64,000 nucleotides of DNA from Geosiphon pyriformis uo1 (lineage: Eukaryota; Fungi; Glomeromycota): assembly GCA_016748015.1 (NCBI GenBank), contig JAAOMT010000200.1, forward strand, positions 804,984-868,983, in the 5' to 3' direction. Under the pieces are notes generated by a model. The model saw only the letters and a program-made list of their open reading frames with translations, was not told where the DNA came from and searched no databases. Below are positions 13,517 to 24,778 of the stretch, piece after piece (positions within the stretch are counted from its first letter, which is position 1; the number at the start of each line of letters is the position of its first letter). The position numbers were made by a program, and so were the translations under genes.

Positions 13517-14636
13517 TTATATGAATTGGTTAAAAGATGATTTAGAAATTTCTTCAAAACCTTTGGATTGGTTTGTTTTAAACATAATCCACCAGATAAG
13601 CATTTATCCTGCAAGTTTAACTTGTTATATTTACATTTCTTCGTTCAGAATGGCCAAAATTAAAGTTCAAAATTTCTGGTAGTCAATTTTTTTTTGACCT
13701 CGAGTATCAACATTATGACTTTTTAGAATTTTTTTAACCCAAAAAAAATTCTCAAACTTTTTTTCTAAATTATAATAATTAGATTTAATATTTTAAAGAT
13801 TCGAATAATTCTGTGCATTTTCTAGCAAAACTGCAGAATGTCATTAAAGAAGTTCACAAATTGTTTAAATATCAAGATTAAAACTAATGTTTCTTCTTCG
13901 AATTTAAATTCAAATTCGAAAGTGATGACATTAAAGCAAAATTTTATGTTTCCAAGATAATTAAAAATATTGTAATATGCAGTTTCTTTTCACAAATTTA
14001 TAATATTCTTAAAAAATATTTGATAAGCCAGACTCTTTAATGGGCTAAAAATAAATGAGTTTTCAAAATATTCACCTCTAAAATTAGAATTGCATATTAT
14101 TTTGAGTAGGTAGGATAGCAGGGTTTATGTGGACTGTGGAGAGCAATTTGAAGTACTTTTAAGATTTGCAACAGAAAGCTAACTTCGAAGGGTGTTGTAG
14201 CCAAGAAGTATCAGAATGAATTTTGACAAACAAAAAAAGGCCAGCGTGTCAACAGAATTGATAAAAACTCAGATGTTATGAACAAAATTAAAACAGTTCT
14301 TAGTCACAATAAAATTATGGGCGCTAATTCGGTTCAAAACTATATATTGATATTAAATTACTTCATTGATTGATTGATTTTATTTTGGAAAAAAAATTCC
14401 ATTAGCCCAGGCATATTTTGAAGAATGTAAAATTAACTATTAATTTTTTAATTATTGATATATTGTTACTAACTTATTTTTAAAATTCAAATTTCGAATT
14501 CAGTGTTAATTGTTACGCATGAAGTAACTCTATAGTAATACTTAAATAAGAAAATCAGTCTTAAGAAATCTTCCGATCAACAAAACAAGAAGAGTGATTT
14601 GGGACTTTGAAATCTAAGAAGATTTTTTCAAGTCGG

Positions 14637-16294
14637 TCAAGTAGATGAGTCTACTTTAGCTTCTTCGAATTTTGTGGATGTTACAACAATTGTTGTCATG
14701 TTTTGATCCTCTAATAATGACTTTTTTTGTTGATGTTTGAATCCTTCATTCACAAAGAATTGAATTGCATTTATCGTTCTGAAATATTTTATTTAAGATG
14801 GTCAAGGTAGAATTTGTTAAAACAATTGAACGAAGTAAATAATAATAATAATTTCGAAAACTTTACGTACCCGTTAATGTTGCATGCTATCACAAAAAGT
14901 ATATGTAAACCTAAATATTCACTTCTCTTTAAAAAGGTGTAAAATCAGTGAAAGATTGTAAGGTTACTTGAATTACTATTTTGTTGTTTAATTTGAGTTT
15001 GAATTTCAATGAAAAGCCTTACTTTAACCAATGCCATGAAGATAAGCCCGATCGCTACTATCTGTAAAATAAAAGTTGTATATGTTTCAAAGAATATTAA
15101 ACTTTGAAAAAATTTTAGAGCTTTTATGAAATATGTATATTCTTGATTCATTAATTACCAGCTGATATCCGTATAGTAAACAATAACTAAAAATCTTTCG
15201 ATTCACAATTTGTTGAATTCTATTAAGTCGTAATTCTTCGTAATGTTTTATCCCCTTGGTTGATTCTCCATGCTCTAGAGAAAGCTGAACTTGCTGAATT
15301 TTGTTTAGCTTTTTTAATGTTCTTTGATAGCAAAAAAAAATCCAAGACATTGCTGAAAGATGGATGACGATTGTAAACGTGGTCATTCTGTTTAAAGGAT
15401 TTTTTGTAGTTGTGTAACACCTATTCAATGATTTTTTTCAGTTTCAAATTAGTGCATAGCTTAAAAGTTTCTATTCACCTGACTTTGGAGAAAAAATAAA
15501 GAAAAGAACTAAACTCCCTACCCGTATGTCAGTTCCGCCGGAGGACTATTATAAAAGAACGCAGATGATGTACAAAGTATAGGTAATATAATTTGTGGTA
15601 CTAATAATTTCCAATCATTTTTTCCCAAAGAGATTGTTTTATTTCGGCATACTAAAAATAATTCATTCACACCATAACATAAAATGTGAGAAAAAAGGGT
15701 GTTTGCTTCAAAGAATAAAGTTTATTTAATCATGGTGATTAAAATCTTGAAATTACCTCTTAAATATGTGAATGTGGCAACTGAAACTAATATAGCTAAG
15801 TCCATAGCGAAAGAGCAATAAAATAAATAGGTTAAAATTTTACAAGGCAGTGGTGGCCATAGACGAAGATGTATCAATGGGTAACCCTAAATGAAAAAAT
15901 GAAAGCCAAAAGAGAGTAATATTTATTTGCGGTCCATATGAAATGGTGCAAGTGAAGATCTTTCGATAAGTTATGAATTCTTTACCAGATTAAATAAAAA
16001 TTGGGTATGTGTAAATAGACCTGTAAATTTTGAAATTTTGAAATTTAAAACCTCACATCAATACATTTTCCTGAAATCATAAGCAGAAAACTCACTGCTT
16101 AGGGCTACATATGTAGGCACAGTCAATGACATTGACAATGGAGCTTTATCATTAAGCTTCCAGAACTTATAAACATGAAGAAAAACAAAAAGACATCCGG
16201 TAATTGATATAAATGCCATGCATATCCCGGCTATTGAGACAATTTGTTGTTTCAAGGGGAATTCAGGATCAAAGTCTTGGGGTATTGTGGACAT
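14637..16294 (-). CDS. 7TM receptor, Git3/cAMP-receptor-like GPCR, paralog 1 (short N-terminus), 8 exons
   Basis: Spliced: MSTIPQDFDPEFPLKQQIVSIAGICMAFISITGCLFVF...WPPLPCKILTYLF...TYLRVCRNKTISLGKNDWKLL...TYGCYTTTKNP...IFFCYQRTLKKL...VNRKIFSYCLLYGYQL...NGTINAIQFFVNEGF...DSST*. Seven hydrophobic segments, TM3/ECL2 cysteine pair, GxxNA in TM7. No stops or frameshifts seen. Confidence 0.85.
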
Positions 16295-16450
16295 TTTCAC
16301 CGAGAATTAGAACTTTTGCAGATATAAAAACAAAAAAGATTTTAAACTGTAGCCTTCTATCATTTATTTCAAGAGGTATGTCTATATATATTCGAGTATA
16401 CTCTACTTTTACTAGTCTTGTGTAGATCGAAAGAAGTTTTCAAAATTTCT

Positions 16451-16524
16451 GTTGTGCCCCCAAATCAAAATTTGTCTAAATTAGATAAGGAGAATAATTG
16501 AAAATTTGATTTAGGGCACGAAAC
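16451..16524. mobile_element. Very small MITE-like inverted repeat upstream of GPCR paralog 1
   Basis: GTGCCCCCAAATCAAAATTT ... AAAATTTGATTTAGGGCAC form a near-perfect ~19-bp inverted repeat around a ~28-bp spacer. A related GGGGGCACAACA occurs at ~12746 and a decayed version at ~49845-49885. Confidence 0.45.
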
Positions 16525-16639
16525 TACATTTCCCAATTGTCAATTGGCAAATTTTGCACAACATTTCTAAATTTGGATTGGATAATTGATTCATGTTCAT
16601 TCAATACCAGATATCGTTTATTGCCAGAAATAATATAAA

Positions 16640-17947
16640 ACATTTTAAACAAACAAATACATAATTCAATATTAACTGTTTTATTCACTATTGTGAAATA
16701 TCAAACACAGATTGGTTTTAAATTTAACAAATTATTCAAAAAATAAAATATTATTTTAAATATTTAATTAAAAACAAGGCTAATTTACTAAAAAAAATTT
16801 TGGCAAATATTATTTATCATTCGAAAATATATACCCAAAAATATTTTAAACAAAAATACAAACTGAGAACAAATTAGCTGGAGAATTAAATATATTAATA
16901 AAAAAATATTATAAATAAATTGTTTTTATATAGCAAATTTAATTTAGAAATAAGCAAATAATTGGGTAGCAATTTTTTAATTAAGCTAATAAAATTAAAA
17001 ACAAATATCATTATTAATTAATTAATTAGTTGGAATATTTGATCTTTTAATTAAACATAATATAACTTTTAGTAAAAACTGTTTTAAATTTGTCAAAAGA
17101 AAAATTGATTTAATTTAACATAAAAATATACTTAAAAAATTTATGCTAACTAATTTATAAGCGGAAAAAATTTGGTTATGTTTTGGACTGTATTTAAGAT
17201 ATAAAAAATATATATTATATAAGCTTTATATTTAGATTAAATAGATGCACATTTAATTTTGTTTAACAAGCTAAAAAGCTTAGGTTGTTTTAAAAATAAG
17301 AAAAGTGAATATAAATTCTTAATTAAAAAAATTTTTTATTCATTTTGGTTAAAAATTAATTTCTAAAAATTGGTATAAAGAGATTTTTAGGCTTTTGCAA
17401 ACTTTTTCATAACAAAACCAAAATAATAGAATTGGTAATTTTTTTAGCAATAAAATTAACAATTAATATGGAAACCAATTGCTAAAACTTGAATTGAGAT
17501 GGAAACTCAAAGCTTGCTAAATTTTATAAAGTTGGTTTTAGTAAATTCTTATGGTATTACTAAGAAAAAACCTGGAAACATTGGTCAAAATTGTTTTTTG
17601 GACATTAATACTTTTGCTCAAGTGGTTAATTCTAAGATTTTGTCATATAAAGACTTTTTTGTTTTAAGTAAAAATTTAAATTTGCCTAATGTAGCATAGT
17701 GTAAACTTGATCGCAATTCACGTTTACTTTAGACATTTACTATGTAGATTGTGAATGGGCTACAATGAAAACAAATTCACTTTGTTTAAAAAATTTCATT
17801 AAAAAATGAATTTTTAAACATAAATTACTAAAGCTTTAACAAGTACACAATCAATGTTTTTTTCTCGGTTTAATGAACCAATGGTTTTCCTTTTTTAATA
17901 AGATCACGTGAAAAATTCTCAATTGGAAGGCAAAATTTGTGACATCA
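16640..17947. other. Extremely AT-rich tract, probably a decayed repeat or TE
   Basis: Very few C/G and almost no CpG. It begins where homology of the GPCR unit ends. No family motif was recognised. Confidence 0.3.
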
Positions 17948-19569
17948 AAAACTTAGTATCACACAACATTATTTACCACAATCATAGCTATTAGGAATAG
18001 AGATATACTTTTAGCTCTTTGTTAGCAAAAGTAAAACTGAATTAAATGATACTACATTTAAAGAATTTACAGCATTTTATTATGAGAATTTTAAAAAATG
18101 TCTACACATTTGTGAATTTCAAAGTGGATGGCTTGTTTATTCACTTGGAACCAGCTTTTTGAACCAATTTTTAAATTATTTTTTGTACTCTTCTCTCTAA
18201 AAACTTTAAATCGTCTAGATTTTGCAACTTATCAGAAACTTTTCTACAATAAAGTTTACCAGACAAAAGATAGGGAAAATATCGTTACATAATAATATAT
18301 TTGGTTATCTGTTAATTAGTAGTCTATTGATATGTTTCCATTCTCGAGTGCAATATGGGTGACACAGCAACTTTTAACATTAAAACTGGATTAAAATTTC
18401 TTGATCTGGAAAAAGCACGTTCCAACAAAAAAAATGTTTGCTTTAATAATACATGTTTTTGGCAAAAATCGTTTTCTTAATTAATTTGTGAAGATATTAA
18501 CCATATTCAGGTTTTGAAAAAAAAATTGATTTTGATTTTTTTTTTGAACTGATGAAAATTTTTTATCCTTAGATCAAAAATTTGTCTTCTTTTCTCTCAA
18601 TTCGAGCAATAAATTCTAAAACAATTAAAAAATATTCATCTGATTGTTTATAAAACTCTGATGAACAATAAAATATTTAAAATCATTTTTTCATCAGCCG
18701 TAAGATGGGGTTATTTTGCCTTAATAAGAGATCAAAGATTTCATGTATTTTCATTTTTTATTTCTGTCCCTGAAAATATAAAAGTTTAAGGCTTCCACTT
18801 TTTTGACAGAGTCAGCTGATGAGAAGCGCTAGCCAGCCTTTAGCCATTTAAAAAGGATTCAAAATTCCCAATCAAATTTATCGCTAGAATATTTTCTTTT
18901 CAATACAAACTATAATTCTATAGTAACCCAAACTCTCAAAACTTTTGTTTTCCAAAATCAGAATTTCATTTTTTCCTGTTTAATTTCTTTAAAATGCTTT
19001 GGTTTGTATAAAGAATTAATAAAATTCGACAGAAAAATATGATGATAAAAATGGGCAAGCAGTTCATCAATTATAAAAAACATCGGCTTCATGATTGTTA
19101 ATTTTTCAATCTTTTCAGAATGTGTGCTGCACAAAGTTCAACGATTTCATTAAAAATGTCACACTATTCGATAATTGTCAATCTCCACTAGTCCCTTATC
19201 AAAAAATGAATTAATTTTTTCAAATTGGTTGTTTCCAAATGGCAAAAGATCATCCGTGGGCAGTAGTTACTCAATTCAGGGCTGCAACATGCAGTTTTAT
19301 TGTCTGAAAAGGCCTTATGTGTAACGATAGACACACACCAAATTTTAAAGATACCAGGTTTATTTTTATTTGTATTTTGTTTCACATCAAAAAGCACGAG
19401 CTTTTCTACTTAGTTTTCCATTCCGACGAAAACAATTCTGTTGATTGGGGGGGAGGGGAAAGGTAAATTTTTGGTTTGGTTTAAATTCGAGTTAAACTTT
19501 ATCCTTTTTTTTTTAAAAGGAATACTTTGTTTGGGAATCTTTCCCAAAACTCTTACCTCAAGTAACAAA

Positions 19570-20340
19570 ATGAAATTCATTCCATCCGTTCTCGTTAAAT
19601 TTTCTAATCTAGAAAATTTTCGCTCGTTGTCTCAAATGTCTGAAGATGGAGAGATCGAAAGATTATACAACACATTAGAAAAATGTCTCGAAAAACTGAC
19701 AAAATATAACTACTTTTTACACCATTCATCCGACATCAAAGATACAAACAATACAGCAAGCTTCGCCTCGGAGACAATAAATTTTTCATTCAACATTCGA
19801 AATACAATTACTTCAATAGGCGAAAAACTACATTTACATCTTCCATACTCAAATAGAGCCACATCAAAAAAAGAAAACAGTCATCATGAACGATATATTC
19901 GTCGAAAATACGTACATCATTTTGGCTCATTTGAAGCATTTTTTAATGCATATATTACAAAGTTGGAACAAAAGTATACCAGGAATCTCCCGTTATCCCG
20001 AAATCGACCTGTGGTCATAGAATCTCTTGAGGGAAAAACACCTGAAGAAATCTTGAAATTTTTTGATACATATTCTTATTCAGTGTTAAAAATAGATGCG
20101 ATATATTGGAGGGCAGGTGGTTTACGTGATCATTATTTTGTCAGAAAAGGTGGAACAGTTTTTCTGGAAGGAATTGAAAGAATGCAAGCGAGAGCAGTCC
20201 GCTTTTTAGAACAGTATGATAGAATTATGAAAGGAGCTCCAGATGAAGCTGTAAGAGTCGTTTTAATATCCTCAAAAGAAAGGGAAAAGTTAAGAAAAAA
20301 ATCCAAATCAAAAAAATGGATTAAAGGGAAATTTGGTTAG
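19570..20340 (+). CDS. Single-exon hypothetical protein (~256 aa; alternative ATG at 19636), predicted mainly helical with a basic C-terminus
   Basis: A 900-bp stop-free frame in AT-rich DNA, first ATG in aaaATG context, protein-like composition, C-terminal RKKSKSKK. No family recognised. Confidence 0.7.
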   Translation: MKFIPSVLVKFSNLENFRSLSQMSEDGEIERLYNTLEKCLEKLTKYNYFLHHSSDIKDTNNTASFASETINFSFNIRNTITSIGEKLHLHLPYSNRATSKKENSHHERYIRRKYVHHFGSFEAFFNAYITKLEQKYTRNLPLSRNRPVVIESLEGKTPEEILKFFDTYSYSVLKIDAIYWRAGGLRDHYFVRKGGTVFLEGIERMQARAVRFLEQYDRIMKGAPDEAVRVVLISSKEREKLRKKSKSKKWIKGKFG

Positions 20341-20847
20341 AGCTGTGAAATATACTTAAACTTTTCTCATCCTATCTATCTAACAATTTAACGATAATTA
20401 ATATTCTGGAATTAAACAAATCTTAGAATTATTATAGACAAGATAATTTCTGTAAAATTCATTGCGGCCTATTAGAGAAATTCTTTTGATATTTCAGATA
20501 AAAAAGATTTGAATTGTTAACATCATTGAAAAAAAACCCCAAATTTTTGCATTGAGATTAATGATCACAATCTTTTTTCCAGAAAAGAAATCGATATTTA
20601 AAAACTTTTAAAAAAAAACCCTTTGTATATCAATTGAGGACAAAATACATGTTCTATTTCCAATTCAGATTTTGATTTTTTGCCCAAACAATTAGTCACA
20701 TTTTAAAAGTTTTTTCTGATATTTTTCATCTTATATAAAATCAAATAGTAATCATTGTATGTATATTTATAAATTCAAAATTGGTCCATATTTTTGCTCA
20801 ATATACATGTATAAATAAATTAAAATTAAAATTTGAACAAAATGTTT

Positions 20848-20987
20848 GATAAATTATGTTATATTATGTTATATTATTGTTATCTTATGATAAATTATGT
20901 TATAAATTATGTTATATTATGATATATTATGTTATCTTATGTTATAAATTATGTTATCTTATGATATATTATGTTATCTTATGATTA
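20848..20987. repeat. Minisatellite of ~10-12 bp unit TTATG(T/A)TAT(A/C)
   Basis: About 13 tandem degenerate copies (ttatgttata, ttatgatata, ttatgttatc). Confidence 0.9.
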
Positions 20988-22770
20988 TTAAATAATTTTT
21001 AACAATTATGTCAACCAAAAATTAAAATGACGATATCACAAAGATTTTATCAAAAATAAAAAAATTGAGCAACAATTTTAACGTTTCCAAGAATTTTTAA
21101 ACACTGTAATAACCTTAAATATTTATTAGAAATCTAATTTTTTAATCTTAAAAATACGATTTTTTAAGAAAAACTTTTTTTGAAAACCTTAAAAATCTTT
21201 GATTGGTGAAAGAAATGAGTATGACTCGTCATATGATAATTAAATATTCTTGAAAAAATGAAAAATTTTACTGATGAATATTTTAATTTTCAAAAATATT
21301 TCAAACTTATCAAAAAAAATTTATTAATAATCAATTGCAAAAATTAATTCATTTTTTTTTTTCGACACTCTTTGTTAATCATCTCGGAATATGGCGGCTA
21401 AAAAAACTTTTTCTAAAAGCGACCTTTATTTATTAAAAATGGAAGAGAAAACTATATCCTGTGCGCTAATTTTATAATGTGTTTATACTCTTTCGAATAT
21501 TTTACAAAATCAATACCCCACATAAAATATTCATCACAAGCTTTATACTTGTTTTTGTGAGATAACTTTATGGGGCAACCCTAATTTTTTCATTGCAACA
21601 TTTATGTTCATTTGGATTTAGATTTTTAATTTATATTTCTCGCGATAAAAAATAGATAATTCTAAATTTATTACGTCCTCTCTATGAAGTTCTTTTGAAT
21701 ATAAAAGTAATCATAATCTTAAAATACTATTTCCAATGCAAGATTAGTGATGGATTTGTTATTTTTGCCTAAGCCACTCCTATAGATTATGCCAATTCTC
21801 GGGATCGAAAACTTAACTTTCTAACAGTTTCATCCATTCAGACTTTGCTCTATAAGTATTGATAAAGAAATTAGAAAGTTCTACGATCTACTGATTGTTC
21901 ATCATTTAAAGTTATTGTAGATCTTTTATTATTTTTATGCACTTATCTTTCAAATGGAACCAGCTAAGCCACTTATTTCTTAAAATTCCGAAAATAATTC
22001 TTGTAATTATATTTTCGATTTGGCGATAATCGCTGACTGCCCAAATTATCTGGACAACCCATATACAATCTTACCAATAATTTTTTTCCAATGCGTATTA
22101 GAATTTAAAATAGTCCAAGAAGGAAGATAAATCAGATAGCGCTCTGCCAATTATGTCCCAATTATGGCGTAAAAATCTTTTGATTCAACTAAAACTTTTT
22201 AAAAATTATTTGATTTCCTGTTTTCGACTCTCTGTCAATAAAGTTTTAATTAATGTTTATGAGGGCAATTCTAAAAAAAAATTACTCATTTAAAAATGGC
22301 TTTATAAACAACTCTTGAAACCGATAAACTCGATGAGTTCATTGGAGGGAATTTGTTAAATCTTTTACTTTTTTATGCAAGAACCCAAAACTGGTTAATA
22401 CTCTTTTGAATAATGACGTTTGGCCACACGATACCATCAAAATACCTGTTTTTCTAGAAATCAAGTTTTTAAGCCGGTTTTTTGGGCTTTGTTTTTTTTA
22501 GGTAAATGAAAATTCATGTGTCATCTAGTTTTTTTAACTTATGATTTGTCTCATCAATTTCAGAAATTTTCTTGGGCAAAAAAAAAGCCCACCTTAAAGA
22601 CCTATCTTATTTTTTATTTTGGAAAATTCCTCAAATGAATCAACCAATCAATTAATCAATTAATCAATCAATCCTTTGAACCACCAAACACTTCAAAAAC
22701 ACGGTGACCAAAAGAAATCTCGAATGTCTATGTAATTTATTTTATTTTTTATTAAGACCACCATAACCCA

Positions 22771-23035
22771 TACTGCCGCTCCGCAGTACAAACAACTACC
22801 TCTCCTAAGGTGCTAAAAATATAATACAAACAAAAGAAAAATTTCTAACTAATGATGAAATCTTACATTTATGTATGTACTGCCACTCTGCAGTACTAAC
22901 CACCACTACCCTCGTACCGTGTAAGAAAAATAAAGAAGCAACTAACCACACTGCCGCTCCGCAGTACAAACAACTACACTCATACCGTGAATTGAAAAAA
23001 CTACTACTAAAACCGATGCTGCCGCTCTGCAGCAT
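22771..23035. repeat. Four spaced GC-rich hairpin repeats (stem ACTGC/GCAGT, 6-nt loop CRCTCY) within diverged ~70-100 bp units
   Basis: TACTGC-CGCTCC-GCAGTA (22771), GTACTGC-CACTCT-GCAGTAC (22877), ACTGC-CGCTCC-GCAGT (22950), ATGCTGC-CGCTCT-GCAGCAT (23016). Confidence 0.88.
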
Positions 23036-23315
23036 ATCCAAACGTATGTAAAATACAATATAGTTACAGTAAGAAATAAGAAAATTCATTCTTGCCCTTT
23101 TAACGTGAAGAGAGAAGAGAACCGATATTTTTGACTAAGGGAAAGGAAAAGGTTTAAAATAATTTGAACTTGTGATAGTAAGATTACAAATAATTTCACT
23201 AAATATGTATTCAGATTCGAAGCAAGAATGAATGGGGAAAAATATTTAAGAAAAGAATTAAAGGGGATTTTAAATAAAAATATATAAATTTTTTGTAGTT
23301 CAATTTTTAACATGT

Positions 23316-24778
23316 CTATATGATCGTGACATTGGTATCGTTGCTTTGATGGATCGTTTCTTCTTTGATCATTTTGGTTTCACCAGTTCTGGTGTTGATA
23401 GTGATCAGTCTGTCCACATGATAATAAGCCAATTCACCTAATTCAGCTTCATCAAGACCTTTGGCTTCTGCTTCAGGATCTGAACGAAGTGACATGTATG
23501 GAAACTTGTTCATGACCGTCAAGATAATGAGAGTGACAAAGAAAGAATAACTAGCACCAGCAACCGAATCCGCAAGTTGATAACATATCTGAATCCAATG
23601 ATGATCTAACCACCCACCAGGAATATCAGTTCCATCAAGATTAGCAATCGCCTTCTCGGCGAAAATACCGGTAAGAAGATTTCCAACAATGCCACCAATA
23701 CCATGAACAGCAAAAACGTCTAAAGCATCATCGAAACTGAGCCAGGACTTTAGTTTCGCAGCAAAATTGCATGCAATTGCACCAACAACACCAAAAAGAA
23801 CGGAAGCTTCTGGACCAACGTAACCAGAGCCAGGAGTTATTGTAACTAAACCGGCGACAGCACCAGTACAAAATCCCATTGCCGATAATTTACGTTCAAG
23901 TCGAAAATCTAATAACATCCATGTAAGACCACCAACTGCTGCTGCTAAATTGGTAACTAAACAAGCCATAGCTGCGCGAGTATTAGCAGCCAAAGCTGAG
24001 CCACCGTTGAAACCGAACCAACCAAACCAAAGAAGAGCTGTTCCTAACACAACGTTGGCGATATTATGTGGTTTGAAATCTTCGACACCGTGACCATCAC
24101 GTTTTCCAACAACAAGACAATAGGCAAGTGCTGCTGCCCCAGAAGCGATGTGTACAGGCGTACCACCGGCAAAGTCAAGACCACCTAATTGAAATGACCA
24201 TCCATTCACTGACCAAGTCCAATGAGCAATTGGATCATAGACGAGAGTTGACCAGATAAAGATAAAAACAAGGGCAGGGACAAGACGACCTCGTTCAGCA
24301 GCTGAACCAATAGCTAAAGCAGGGGTAATACCAGCGAACATTAATTGATATAGAGCAAATACAAGCTCGGGAATTTGTTTTGCTTGTGGAGAAGGATCCC
24401 CTCTCACGTGACGGAAGAAAGCGTTATCCAAATTGCCAATAAATTTGCTGCCCACATTACTGAATGCTAGACTGTAACCCCAGAGCCACCACTTTTGGTG
24501 AAAAATAAATAATGACAAAATAATTTAATTTAACATTGAGAAATAAGCTAGTATTATCAATGATTTTCGTTGATTTATCTTACCTGAAATGAAACGACGG
24601 CAATAGATAATACACAGAGCATGATAAGAGATAAAGCGTTTTTGGAACGAGCCATACCACTATAAAAGTAACCGAGGCCTGGCACCATAAGCCATACCAA
24701 GGCTGTGCTTACGAGAACGAAAGCAATATCACCATGGTCGTAAGATGTTGGGATTTCTTCTGTCGAATTTGTTGCCAT
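23316..24778 (-). CDS. AMT: Ammonium transporter, Amt/Mep family, 2 exons (24778-24584, 24491-23316), ~456 aa
   Basis: LVWLMVPGLGYFYSG, FQWWLWGYSLAF, YQLMFAGITPAL..GSAAER, DFAGGTPVH, LLWFGWFGFNGGS, GLVTITP, DDALDVFAVHG. Both pore histidines are present. Confidence 0.97.

Larger units (their letters stand above)
13103..16635 (-). repeat. Copy 1 (inverted, truncated) of the GPCR + kelch duplication unit
   Basis: Reverse complement aligns to ~30350-33970 and ~49840-53850 across exons, introns and intergenic DNA. Confidence 0.95.

Noticed and set aside
13234-13682. ORFs spanning the N run
   Set aside because: Artefacts of the assembly gap. The paralogous region is non-coding.
16640-17947. AT-rich tract as evidence of RIP
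   Set aside because: No intact reference copy in the window to polarise mutations. Methylation-driven decay would look similar.
18811-18850. CTGATGAG as a hammerhead ribozyme core
   Set aside because: No correctly placed GAAA or stem II pairing follows.
22771-23035. CRISPR-like appearance (palindromic repeats with spacers)
   Set aside because: Eukaryotic context, no cas genes, only four repeats, unequal spacing, and the spacers are partly homologous to each other (CAACTAC...TACCGTG), so this is a diverged tandem repeat.
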